A stretch of DNA of 64,000 bases, taken from an uncultured Spirochaetota bacterium (GTDB lineage Bacteria > Spirochaetota > Spirochaetia > SZUA-6 > CAVTHK01). The stretch spans positions 320,001 through 384,000 of the forward strand of contig CAVTHK010000011.1 in NCBI GenBank assembly GCA_963734495.1. The letters are read 5' to 3'. Numbering within the stretch: the first letter of the stretch is position 1; every line of letters starts with the position of its first letter. The notes under the pieces were generated by a model. That model searched no databases and was not told the DNA's origin. It was given only the letters and a program-made list of their open reading frames with translations. A program made the position numbers and the translations under genes. Below, in pieces: positions 19,284 through 27,811 of this stretch.

Positions 19284-20203
19284 GGATCGTGGGCCGCACC
19301 TGGGACATCCTCGGCGCCGGCGCGGTCACCGTCGACGACCTGCTGTACGTGGACGAGTACCCGGCCGCGGAAAGCAAGATCAGGGTCAAGGCAAGCGACC
19401 GGCAGGTCGGCGGGCTCACGGCCACGGCCCTGGTCGCGGCCGCGCGCCTGGGCGCCCGCTGCGCCTTTGCCGGCGTGCTCGGACGCGACGAGCTCTCCGA
19501 GCTGGTCATGTCGCGGCTCTCGGCCGAAGGGATCGACCTTGCCGGCGTCGTCCGCCGCGACGCTGCGCGGCCGAGACACTCGACGATCATCGTCGACCTC
19601 TCGCGCAACACGCGCACGGTCCTGGTCGACACGGGCGGCATCGACGAGGACCCCGGCGTTCCGGGCGAGGCGGCGGTGTCGGCGGCGGCCGTCCTCTTTC
19701 TCGACCACACGCACGGCGCGCGGATGCTGCGCCTGGCGCGCGCCGCGCGGGAGAGGGGAGTGCCCACGGTGGCCGACTTCGAGCGCGACACCCTGCCGGA
19801 GCTCCGCGAGCTGATCGAGCTGACGGACCACCTCATCCTCCCCTGGTCTCTCGCCCGCGTCCTCACGGGCGCGAACGAGCCGGCGCACGCGGTGGAGCGG
19901 CTGCAGGCCGCGCGGCGCGCGGCGGTCGTCGTGACGCGCGGCGAGCAGGGCGCGTGGTACCTGGCCGCCGGCGCGGCAGGCGTCGCGCACCAGCCCGCCT
20001 TTCGCGTGCCGGTGGTGGACACGACCGGCTGCGGCGACGTGTTCCACGGCGCCTACGCCGCGGCGCTGGCCGAGGGCCTCGCCGCGGCCGATCGCGTGCG
20101 CCTCGCCTCGGCAGCCGCCGCGCTCAAGGCGATGCGCCGCGGGGGGCAGGCCGGCATACCGACCGGCGCCGAAGTGCGCGCGTTTCTCGCCGGGCGCGCC
20201 TGA
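19280..20203 (+). CDS. PfkB/ribokinase-family sugar kinase
   Basis: VGGLTATA, VVTRGEQGA, VDTTGCGDVF; GTGA overlap with the upstream gene. Confidence 0.92.
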   Translation: MRIVGRTWDILGAGAVTVDDLLYVDEYPAAESKIRVKASDRQVGGLTATALVAAARLGARCAFAGVLGRDELSELVMSRLSAEGIDLAGVVRRDAARPRHSTIIVDLSRNTRTVLVDTGGIDEDPGVPGEAAVSAAAVLFLDHTHGARMLRLARAARERGVPTVADFERDTLPELRELIELTDHLILPWSLARVLTGANEPAHAVERLQAARRAAVVVTRGEQGAWYLAAGAAGVAHQPAFRVPVVDTTGCGDVFHGAYAAALAEGLAAADRVRLASAAAALKAMRRGGQAGIPTGAEVRAFLAGRA

Positions 20204-20277
20204 TTTCGGTCCCGTCGGCCAAGCTGAGCAATTCTGTCATAAAAGAACTCAGTCCGCGGCGATTGCATGCAAAGGGA

Positions 20278-20315
20278 TTGCGCAGCTCTTCGACATCTTG
20301 ATATAACTATGTCGA
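20278..20315 (+). promoter_or_regulatory. Promoter with overlapping inverted repeat (putative ArsR-family operator)
   Basis: TTGCGC(20278)..TGaTATAAC(20299-20307); TCGACAT(20290-20296)-N12-ATGTCGA(20309-20315). Confidence 0.55.
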
Positions 20316-20377
20316 GATCTGCCTGCGCCGCGGCGCGGGCGGTCTCGCGACGCGGGATGCCGCGAAAGGCGGAAGCG

Positions 20378-20743
20378 ATGCAGCACGAGCTCGAGGGACG
20401 GCTCGCCGCAGACAGGCAGAAAGCGGCCTCCGTCTCGGAGACGCTCCGGGCGCTCGCGCACCCGGTGCGGCTGCGCGCGGTCGCGATCCTGTGCGAGGGC
20501 GACGAGTGCGTGAGCGGGCTCGCCCGCAGGCTCGGCCTCAAGCAGGCGATCGTCTCGCAGCAGCTCCGCATCCTGCGCATGTCGCGGCTCGTCGCCACGA
20601 GCCGCGACGGGGGCTTTGTGCGCTACACGCTGGCGGAGCCGCGGCTCCGCCAGCTGGTTCGCTGCTTCGAGGGGTGCAGGGCGGCCGGCGAGGTCACCGC
20701 CCGCGCCCCGCGCATCGCGCGCAAGAGAGGAGTCGACAGGTGA
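20378..20743 (+). CDS. ArsR/SmtB-family transcriptional repressor (start may be 20357)
   Basis: LRALAHPVRL, VSQQLRILR, RDG..VRY.L; four Cys. Confidence 0.9.
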   Translation: MQHELEGRLAADRQKAASVSETLRALAHPVRLRAVAILCEGDECVSGLARRLGLKQAIVSQQLRILRMSRLVATSRDGGFVRYTLAEPRLRQLVRCFEGCRAAGEVTARAPRIARKRGVDR

Positions 20744-21276
20744 ACGTCGAACAGGAGCTCGCGGGGCTCAAGGAGAGGGTGGAAGCGCTGCCCGGCAAGG
20801 AGCACAAGCTCTCGATGGTCGTGTTCTCGGGCGAGCTGGACAAGCAGCTCGCCGCCATGATCATCGCCACGGGCGCGGCCGCCATGGGTATGAAGGTCGT
20901 GCTGTTCTTCACCTTCTGGGCGACCGCGGCGCTGCGCGATCCGGCGAAGCACGTGAACGGCAAGTCCTTCATGGGCCGGATGTTCGGCCTGATGCTGCCC
21001 AGGGGCAAGGGACGGCTCAAGCTCTCGCAGATGCACATGGCGGGCGCGGGCACGGCGATGCTCAAGGCTCTCATGGTGAGCAAGCGCGTCGCCAGCCTCG
21101 ATCAGCTCTTCGAGATCGCGGCCCAGATCGGGGTCGAGATCAAGATCTGCGAGATGTCGATGAGCCTCATGGGGTTCAAGCGGGACGAGATGATCGACTA
21201 CCCGAATCTCGAGGTCTGCGGGGTGGCGACGTTCCTCGCGAACGCCGGCGAGTCGTCGGTGCAGCTGTTCATATAG
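20740..21276 (+). CDS. DsrE2/DrsE_2-family sulfur carrier
   Basis: VVFSGELDK, IIATGAAAMG..V.LFFTFW, ICEMSMSLMG, GVATFL, LFI end. Confidence 0.9.
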   Translation: MNVEQELAGLKERVEALPGKEHKLSMVVFSGELDKQLAAMIIATGAAAMGMKVVLFFTFWATAALRDPAKHVNGKSFMGRMFGLMLPRGKGRLKLSQMHMAGAGTAMLKALMVSKRVASLDQLFEIAAQIGVEIKICEMSMSLMGFKRDEMIDYPNLEVCGVATFLANAGESSVQLFI

Positions 21277-21287
21277 GAGGTCGAGCG

Positions 21288-21527
21288 ATGGCGGACTACA
21301 CGGTGACGAAGACCCTGGACTTCAAAGGCCTGCCCTGCCCGATCCCGGTCGTCAAGATCAGCCAGGAGATCGGCAAGATCGCCGTCGGCCAGGTGGTCGA
21401 GGTGCTCACCACCGACCCCGGCTCGCTCGCCGACTTTCCGGCATGGGCGAAGACCACGGGCCACGCGGTGCTGGAGACGAAGCAGGAGCCGGGCCTCATC
21501 CGCATCTTCGTGAAGCGGCAGAAATAG
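21288..21527 (+). CDS. tusA: Sulfur carrier TusA/SirA family
   Basis: 79 aa, LDFKGLPCPIP (CPxP), TDPGS..DFPAW; AGGAGG RBS. Confidence 0.93.
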   Translation: MADYTVTKTLDFKGLPCPIPVVKISQEIGKIAVGQVVEVLTTDPGSLADFPAWAKTTGHAVLETKQEPGLIRIFVKRQK

Positions 21528-21529
21528 CC

Positions 21530-22351
21530 ATGCCCGATCAGCCGAACGTTCTCAGCGCCGCGACGGCCGCCGCCAGGCCCGCGGTGGAGGCGGTGTCCTC
21601 GGCGTCCAAGGCGATCGCGGGGGGATGGCTGGGGCCGGCGCTGGAGAATCTCTACTACTTCATCATGGTCCCGATGGTCTACCTGGCGATCGTCGCGCTG
21701 GTCGCCGGAGTGGCCGCGCGGATCGCGGTGATCGTCCGCGCGCCGGTCCACCCGTACCCCCTGCGGCTCTACCCCGCGGCCAGGGCCCCCGGGCTCGCGG
21801 CCCTGCGCGACACGTTCGCGATGACGCAGGTGCGGAAGCACAAGCCGGGGTTCTGGGCGTTCCTCATGATCTACCACGTCGCGTTCGCTCTGCTGATCCT
21901 CGGCCACCTCGACATCTTTTCCGGCATCAGCCTGCTGCCCGAGGGCTCGAAGCACATGCTCGGCGCGGGCGCCGTCGGCGTGGCCGTCACCCTGTCGCTG
22001 CTCGCGTTTCTCGTGCGCCGTTTCCGCAGCCCCGAGCGGGAGATCTCCACTCCGGGAGATTACCTCGTTCTCCTGCTCCTCCTTTTCATCTTCCTGCTCG
22101 GCGACGCCATCAGCTGGTCGAACTCGTGGGGGCCCCACGGCTTCGTCATCACCAAGGCGGACTTCGCGAAGTACTTCGACGGCCTGGCGAGCTTGAGCTT
22201 CCGCAACCCGAGGGAAGTCCTGCCCGGGTCGCACTATCACTTCATCGTGCTCCACGTGCTCCTCGCGAACCTCTTCCTCATCACGCTTCCGTTCACCAAG
22301 ATCATGCACACGTTCCTCGCCCTGCCGATCAACAGCCTGAGGAGGCGGTAG
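21530..22351 (+). CDS. NarI/DsrM-like membrane cytochrome b
   Basis: About five TM helices; His pairs YH...GH and LH...PFTKIMH; REISTPGDY loop motif. Confidence 0.85.
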   Translation: MPDQPNVLSAATAAARPAVEAVSSASKAIAGGWLGPALENLYYFIMVPMVYLAIVALVAGVAARIAVIVRAPVHPYPLRLYPAARAPGLAALRDTFAMTQVRKHKPGFWAFLMIYHVAFALLILGHLDIFSGISLLPEGSKHMLGAGAVGVAVTLSLLAFLVRRFRSPEREISTPGDYLVLLLLLFIFLLGDAISWSNSWGPHGFVITKADFAKYFDGLASLSFRNPREVLPGSHYHFIVLHVLLANLFLITLPFTKIMHTFLALPINSLRRR

Positions 22352-22391
22352 GAATGGACCGGGCGATACCGCGCGAGGGGAGGCACTAGCC

Positions 22392-23666
22392 GTGGACAAG
22401 GCGACACAGGGCAAATTGAAGGAGCTCTTCGCGTCCAAGCTGAACGGCGCGATGCGCCTGTACCTCGAGACCTGCGCCCGCTGCGGCGTCTGCGTCGAAG
22501 CCTGCCACGTCTACGCCTCGATGCCCGAGATCAAGCACACCGCCGTCGGCCGCGCCGAGGTGGTGCGGAAGCTGTTCCGCCGTTACTTCAAGCTGCAGGG
22601 CAGGGTCGCGCCGTGGCTCGGCGAGGTGATCGAGCTCGACGACGCGGCCGTGGACAAGGTCTACGACGCCGCCTACACGTGCACCGGCTGCCGCCGCTGC
22701 ATGACGTACTGCCCTTTCGGGATCGACACGCAGATGATCCAGTCGATCGCGAAGCTCCTGCTGATCGGCGCCGACCGCGAGCCCAAGCTGCTGTCCATGC
22801 TCGCCGACATGTCGATCGCCAAGGGCGAGACCGTCGGCGAGACGCGGGCGAGCTTCGAGGAGGCGGTGCGCAACCTCGGGCCCGAGGTGCGGGCTCTGTG
22901 GCCCGAGCCGAGCCGCCCGGGCGAGCCGCTTATCCCGGTGAATGCCGCGGGCGCCGACGTGCTCTACGTGGCGCTGGCGGGCAAGCACTCGATCGTGCCG
23001 GCCGCCGCGATCATGAACGCGGCGGGCGAAAGGTGGTCGCTGTCGTACTTCGAGGCCGTGAACTTCGGCGCCTTCGTGGGGGATTCGGAGAAGGCGCAGG
23101 CCATCGGGCAGCGGATCGTCGAGGAGGCCGAGCGGCTCGGGGTCAAGGAAGTGGCGATCGTCGAGTGCGGCACCGCGTTCCGATTCATGAAGTATATGAC
23201 CGGCAGCCATCCCTTCAAGGTGGTGGCCTTTGTCGAGCTCATCGCGCGCTACCTCCGCGAGGGCCGCATCCGCCTCGACCGCACGAAGGTTCACGGCAGG
23301 ATCACCTACCACGACCCGTGCCAGATCGCCCGCAACGGAGGCGTGATCGAGGAGCCCCGGCAGGTGATCAGGGCGCTCACGGGCAACTTTGCCGAGCTCC
23401 ACCCCAACCGCGAGGACAACTGGTGCTGCGGAGGCGGCGGCGGTCTCGTCGCGATGGGAGAGAAAGAGTTCCGGATGAAGTCGGCGCGCGTCAAGGCCGA
23501 CCAGATCCGGGCGAGCAACGCCAACATCGTCTGCACGGCCTGCGAGAACTGCCACACGCAGCTCACGGACATCAACGAGCACTACGGGCTCGGCATGAAG
23601 GTGGAGTTCCTGTCGAAGCTGGTGGCGGACGCGCTGCTGCCTCGGGAGACGGCGGAAACGAAATAG
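22392..23666 (+). CDS. HdrD/DsrK/TmcB-like Fe-S protein with CCG domain
   Basis: CARCGVCVEAC and CTGCRRCMTYCP ferredoxin motifs; ECG, TYHDPC, NWCCGGGGG, CTACENC. Confidence 0.9.
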   Translation: MDKATQGKLKELFASKLNGAMRLYLETCARCGVCVEACHVYASMPEIKHTAVGRAEVVRKLFRRYFKLQGRVAPWLGEVIELDDAAVDKVYDAAYTCTGCRRCMTYCPFGIDTQMIQSIAKLLLIGADREPKLLSMLADMSIAKGETVGETRASFEEAVRNLGPEVRALWPEPSRPGEPLIPVNAAGADVLYVALAGKHSIVPAAAIMNAAGERWSLSYFEAVNFGAFVGDSEKAQAIGQRIVEEAERLGVKEVAIVECGTAFRFMKYMTGSHPFKVVAFVELIARYLREGRIRLDRTKVHGRITYHDPCQIARNGGVIEEPRQVIRALTGNFAELHPNREDNWCCGGGGGLVAMGEKEFRMKSARVKADQIRASNANIVCTACENCHTQLTDINEHYGLGMKVEFLSKLVADALLPRETAETK

Positions 23667-23697
23667 CGGCGCCCCGCCGCTTTCGACGGGGCGCCGC
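23666..23697. terminator. Hairpin between convergent genes
   Basis: GCGGCGCCCCG / CGGGGCGCCGC 11-bp stem. Confidence 0.7.
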
Positions 23698-23718
23698 CGG
23701 GGGTACGGGGCCGGGCGC

Positions 23719-24339
23719 TCAGTCGACGTGGCCCCCGGCCGCGGCCTCGCCGTGCGCGCCGCCTGCCGCGGCCGCCTCGTAGAGGCGCTCGACCCAGTGC
23801 ACGTACTCCACGTAGGACTCGATCGCCTCCCTGCCGGCCGCGACGTCGCTCGCGGCGAACGCCTTCTTCTCCACGGCCTCCCCGAACTGGCGGTGCAGCC
23901 CGTCGCGCACGGCGTCGAGCAGGAGCGCCTCGAGCGCCTCGGGCTTGCCGTTCTCGAGGGCGCGGTCAGCCGCGGGAATCGCGGGCCCGAGGTCGCGGCC
24001 CGCGGGCTTGAGGCCGGTGTACGGGGCGCCTTCGCCCGCGCGGTGCAGCCGCACGAGCGTCTCGAAGAAGTAGTTGTCCGCGAGCTCGCGGCCTTCCGGG
24101 CTGGCCTTGCGCACGGCCAGCGTCTTCGCGAACGCCTGCCGCAGCTCAGGCTCCTGATCCTTCTGCACCCAGATCAGGACTCGGTTGACGTCCCTGGTCT
24201 CGAGGGCCGCCTTGCCGGCGGTCACGACGGGGCCGTCCACGCCGTCGCAGTGCGCGAACGCCTTGGGGCTGCCCAGGAACAGGAACGCGGACGCGGCCAG
24301 CACGGTGAGGGTGAGCGGAGCCAGGCTTCTCGTCTTCAT
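23719..24339 (-). CDS. Exported protein, DUF6448-like
   Basis: Signal peptide ending AFA, then HCDGVDGPVV; FFETLVRLHRAGEGAPYTGLKPAG; YVEYVH. Confidence 0.8.
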   Translation of the reverse strand: MKTRSLAPLTLTVLAASAFLFLGSPKAFAHCDGVDGPVVTAGKAALETRDVNRVLIWVQKDQEPELRQAFAKTLAVRKASPEGRELADNYFFETLVRLHRAGEGAPYTGLKPAGRDLGPAIPAADRALENGKPEALEALLLDAVRDGLHRQFGEAVEKKAFAASDVAAGREAIESYVEYVHWVERLYEAAAAGGAHGEAAAGGHVD

Positions 24340-24391
24340 CTTTCTTCCTCCACTTGGGTTTTGGACGATCGCGGCGAGGATCGTCTCGTGG

Positions 24392-24433
24392 AAGCTATGG
24401 AGGAAGCGGAAGAGCGAACATGATCCAGATCAG
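24392..24433 (-). promoter_or_regulatory. FNR/Crp-family class II promoter
   Basis: TGAT-ccag-ATCA (24421-24432) centred at -41.5 relative to a TAGCTT -10 (24397-24392). Confidence 0.6.
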
Positions 24434-24537
24434 ATTGCCGCAGCGCGGCGTCAGTGCCTTCGCGCCGGGGTCCGCCCCTTGACCGCCGAATTCCCCCGGC
24501 TTAGGATGCGTCATTCCCCTCCACCGAGGAGCTTCAG

Positions 24538-25566
24538 ATGCGCGTGATGATCGTCGCCGACCGTCTCATTACGGCCGAGGTCTGGATGGAGCACCTCGAC
24601 AGGTCCGTCGGGAGCGGCGGCCTCGACATCGGCGTCCTCGACACCGCGTGGCCCGACGAGCCGTTCGTGAGCAGTGCCGAGATCTCGGAGTACCTCGGAT
24701 CCGAGGATGAGATCGCGGCGCGCGTCGGCGAGGCCGAGGTCATCCTCACCCATCACGGGCCCGTGTCGAAGAGGGTCCTCGACGCCGCGCCGGCGCTCAG
24801 GCTCATCGGCTGCTGCCGGACGGGCCCGACCAACGTCAACATCGCCGAAGCGACGCGCCGGCGCATCCCCGTCCTGTACTCTCCGGGCCACAACAGCCCG
24901 GCGGTGGCTGAGTTCACCGTGGGCCTGATGCTCGCCATGATCAAGAGGCTGCCTTCGGCGGACCGCTACCTCAAGCAGGGGATCTGGCGCGGCGACTACT
25001 ACCGCTACGACGTGGCGAACATGAGCCTCTCCCAGATGACGGTAGGGCTGATCGGCTTCGGCGCCATCGGGCGGCTGGTCTCGGATCTCGTCAAGCGCTT
25101 CGGGTCGCGCGTGGTGGTCCATGACCCGTTCGTGGCAGCCTCGCCGGACGCGGAGCTCGTCCCCTTGAACGATCTGCTGGCCCGGGCGGACATCGTCTCG
25201 CTGCACGCGAGGCTCAACCCGCAGACCAAGGGCATGATGGGGGCCGACCAGTTCGCGCTGATGAAGGCCGGGAGCTTTTTTGTCAACACCGCGCGCGGAG
25301 GGCTGGTCGACTACCGGGCGCTGTACGACGCTCTCGCCAGCCGCCATCTGGCAGGGGCGGCCCTGGACTGCTTCGAGCGCGAGCCGGTCGCGGCAGGCGA
25401 CAGACTGCTCGCGCTCGAGAATGTGGTGGCGACGCCTCACATCGCGGGCGCCTCGAAGTTGACCGCCCACCGGGCCGCCGGCGCGATCGCCGAAGACCTG
25501 GCGCGCTTCCTCGCGGGCGGGCGGCCGCTGCACTGCGCGAACGAGCAGGTCCTGCCCGTCGCCTGA
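24538..25566 (+). CDS. D-isomer-specific 2-hydroxyacid dehydrogenase
   Basis: GLIGFGAIG, SLHARL, FVNTARGGLVD, TPHIAG. Confidence 0.92.
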   Translation: MRVMIVADRLITAEVWMEHLDRSVGSGGLDIGVLDTAWPDEPFVSSAEISEYLGSEDEIAARVGEAEVILTHHGPVSKRVLDAAPALRLIGCCRTGPTNVNIAEATRRRIPVLYSPGHNSPAVAEFTVGLMLAMIKRLPSADRYLKQGIWRGDYYRYDVANMSLSQMTVGLIGFGAIGRLVSDLVKRFGSRVVVHDPFVAASPDAELVPLNDLLARADIVSLHARLNPQTKGMMGADQFALMKAGSFFVNTARGGLVDYRALYDALASRHLAGAALDCFEREPVAAGDRLLALENVVATPHIAGASKLTAHRAAGAIAEDLARFLAGGRPLHCANEQVLPVA

Positions 25567-25668
25567 GTCGCAGGGGCTCCAGCGCGTCGGCCTGAGCCGG
25601 TGCGACTGGCGCGACTGGCGCCCGCTCGCTTGACAAGAGCGCGTCCGCTCCGCTCTGCTGGTGGGCAA

Positions 25669-26855
25669 ATGCACCGCGTGCGCTTCCCGGTTCTCAAGAC
25701 TCTCTGCCGCAATCCCCGCATGCTCGGCCGTGCCGCCCGCCCTGGGCCTCCGGCTCATGCAATACATGCGCAAGTTCCGCGTGCAGCGGGTCGGCGCGAA
25801 CGAGATCCTTCATTCTCATCTTCCGCCTCTGAACAGCAGCGCCTACGCCCGCTTCGTCGAAGAGCACCTCCTCGGCCGCGCGGCCGGGCCCTCGCACGCG
25901 CAGGTCGGGCTGACGGCCGCCTGCCCGCAGGCCTGCGCCTTACTGCTACAACCGGTCGCGCAGCGGCGTCCCCATGGACACGCCGACGATCCTGAACGTG
26001 GTGCGCGAGCTCAAGCGCCTGGGCGTGTTCTGGATGGGATGGACGGGAGGCGAGCCCCTCCTCAACGGGGACATCGTGCGGATCACCGAGGAGGCATCCG
26101 ACGGCTGCGCGGTCAAGCTCTTTACGACAGGCTCGACGCTCACGCCGACTCTCGCCCGCGACCTCAAGGAGGCGGGTCTCTTTTCGGTCTGCGTGAGCCT
26201 CGACCACTGGAAGCCGGACGTGCACGATGCCCGGCGCGGCGTCGCGGGCGCATTTGCCACGGCGCTGCGGGCCATCGAGATCTTCCGCAACGTCCCCGGC
26301 CTCCACGTCGGGGTCTCGTCGGTCCTCTCCCGCGAGATGATCCGCGACGGGCAGACCGAAGAGCTGCTGGCTTTCCTCGAAGGGCTCGGCATCCACGAGG
26401 CCTGGCTCAGCGAGACCAAGCCGTCGGTCGAGGCATTCTGGAGCGACGACCAGGTGATCAGCGAGGACGAACGCCGCGGCCTCGTGCGGCTCCAGGACAG
26501 GGTCAACAGGAAGGCCGCCTTCACCTTGAATTATCTCGGTCATTTCGAGGGGCGCGAGCATTTCGGCTGCAACGCGGGCCGCAAGATGATCTACGTCGAC
26601 GCGTTCGGCGAGGTGAGCCCGTGCGTCTTTACGCCGATGACGCTGGGCAACGTCCGCGCGAAGCCGCTCGCGGAGATATGCGCGGAGATGGCCGCGCTGT
26701 TTCCGGGGGAATGCTCCTGCTTCGTCAACCGCAACTACAGGCTGCTTCAGAGCGCTTCGGCGGGCCGGATGCCGATTCCGCGCGAGGCGGCTCTCGCGAT
26801 GCTTGCCGATGCGCGGTTCGGTCCCCGCTCGCGGCTTCAGGAGCTCTCCCTGTGA
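25669..26855 (+). CDS. Radical SAM protein with SPASM/twitch domain (frameshifts near 25735 and 25940-25965)
   Basis: CPQACxYC rebuilt across a frameshift; TGGEPLL, VSLD, GCNAG..IYVDAFGEVSPCVF. Confidence 0.85.
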
Positions 26856-27256
26856 GTCGGCTCACCCCGTACAGGCTGGTCAGCCTCGCGCTCGCCGTGG
26901 GCTTCGCCGTGGCCGGCCTCGTCTTCCTGTTCTTTCCGGACGAGACGATCTCGCTCGGCCAGAGAGCCATCGGGACTCCGGTCGGGGAGAATCGCTTCTT
27001 CCTCATCCTGGCCTCGGCGTACATGTACGTCGTGACCGCGCTGGCCTGGTCGATGTTCCGCTCGCCCGACGAGCCGATCTACCCGCGGCTCCTCTGGCAG
27101 GCGAAAGCAGTCAGCTCGGTCCTGTCCTTCGGCTTCTTCCTCCTCCACGCGCCGCTGCCGATCTACCTCGCCAACGGTGTCGTCGATGGCGCCCTCGCGG
27201 TCGTCGTGCTCGTGATGTTCCGCGGGGTCGCGAAGACGCGCAGGAGCAGCGACTGA
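26852..27256 (+). CDS. Small membrane protein with about 4 TM helices
   Basis: GTGA overlap with the rSAM stop; four hydrophobic segments. Confidence 0.75.
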   Translation: MSRLTPYRLVSLALAVGFAVAGLVFLFFPDETISLGQRAIGTPVGENRFFLILASAYMYVVTALAWSMFRSPDEPIYPRLLWQAKAVSSVLSFGFFLLHAPLPIYLANGVVDGALAVVVLVMFRGVAKTRRSSD

Positions 27257-27270
27257 GCGGGCGATCCAGC

Positions 27271-27811
27271 ATGCGGCTGGCGCTGGCGCGTCTCTTCGTG
27301 CCGGCGGCCGTGAAGAAGCGGAAGCTCGGCGAGCTCGCCCGCCTGACCGCCCGCGCGTTCGCCGCCGAGCCGCCGGCCCTCGACGGGCTGCTGTGGCGTG
27401 CGCGGCTGGCAACGTACGGTCTCTACACCCGTCAGCTCGTGGAAAAGGCGATCGACCGCGGCGACGACCTCGCCGCCCTGGAGAGGCGCCTGTTCGAGGA
27501 GGCGCGGCCGTTCGGACGGGAGCTGGCGCGCGAGCTGCGCGTCTCTGGACCTCGATTCCGCGCTCGCCGCCGCGCGGGTGCTCTACCGGGCTCTCGACAT
27601 AGACTTCACCGCCGACCGGGGCGGCGGGGTCGTCGTGCGACGATGCTACTTCGCCCAGATCTACACCTACGACGTGTGCCGGGTCATGTCCGCGCTGGAT
27701 TACGGGATCCTCGCGGGGCTCGCCGGCTTCGCCACGCTGCGCTTCGAGCAGCGGCTGACCGGCGGAGACAGCTGCTGCCGCGCGCGATTCGAGCTGGAAG
27801 CCGCCTCATGA
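27271..27811 (+). CDS. ATC-hydrolase/V4R-like Cys-containing protein (frameshift near 27545)
   Basis: RCYF...C..MSALD.G...RLTGGDSCC pattern; ATGA overlap with the next gene. Confidence 0.55.

Noticed and set aside
21530-23666. Calling the pair nitrate reductase or bona fide dsrMK of sulfate reduction
   Set aside because: No narGHJ, dsrAB, dsrC or dsrJOP in the window; the Fe-S protein is short for DsrK
25566-25619. GCGACTGGC tandem and AGTCGCA/TGCGACT stem
   Set aside because: Short and GC-rich; most simply an ordinary terminator-like hairpin
25669-26855. RiPP maturase
   Set aside because: No short precursor ORF, RRE domain, peptidase or exporter in the cluster
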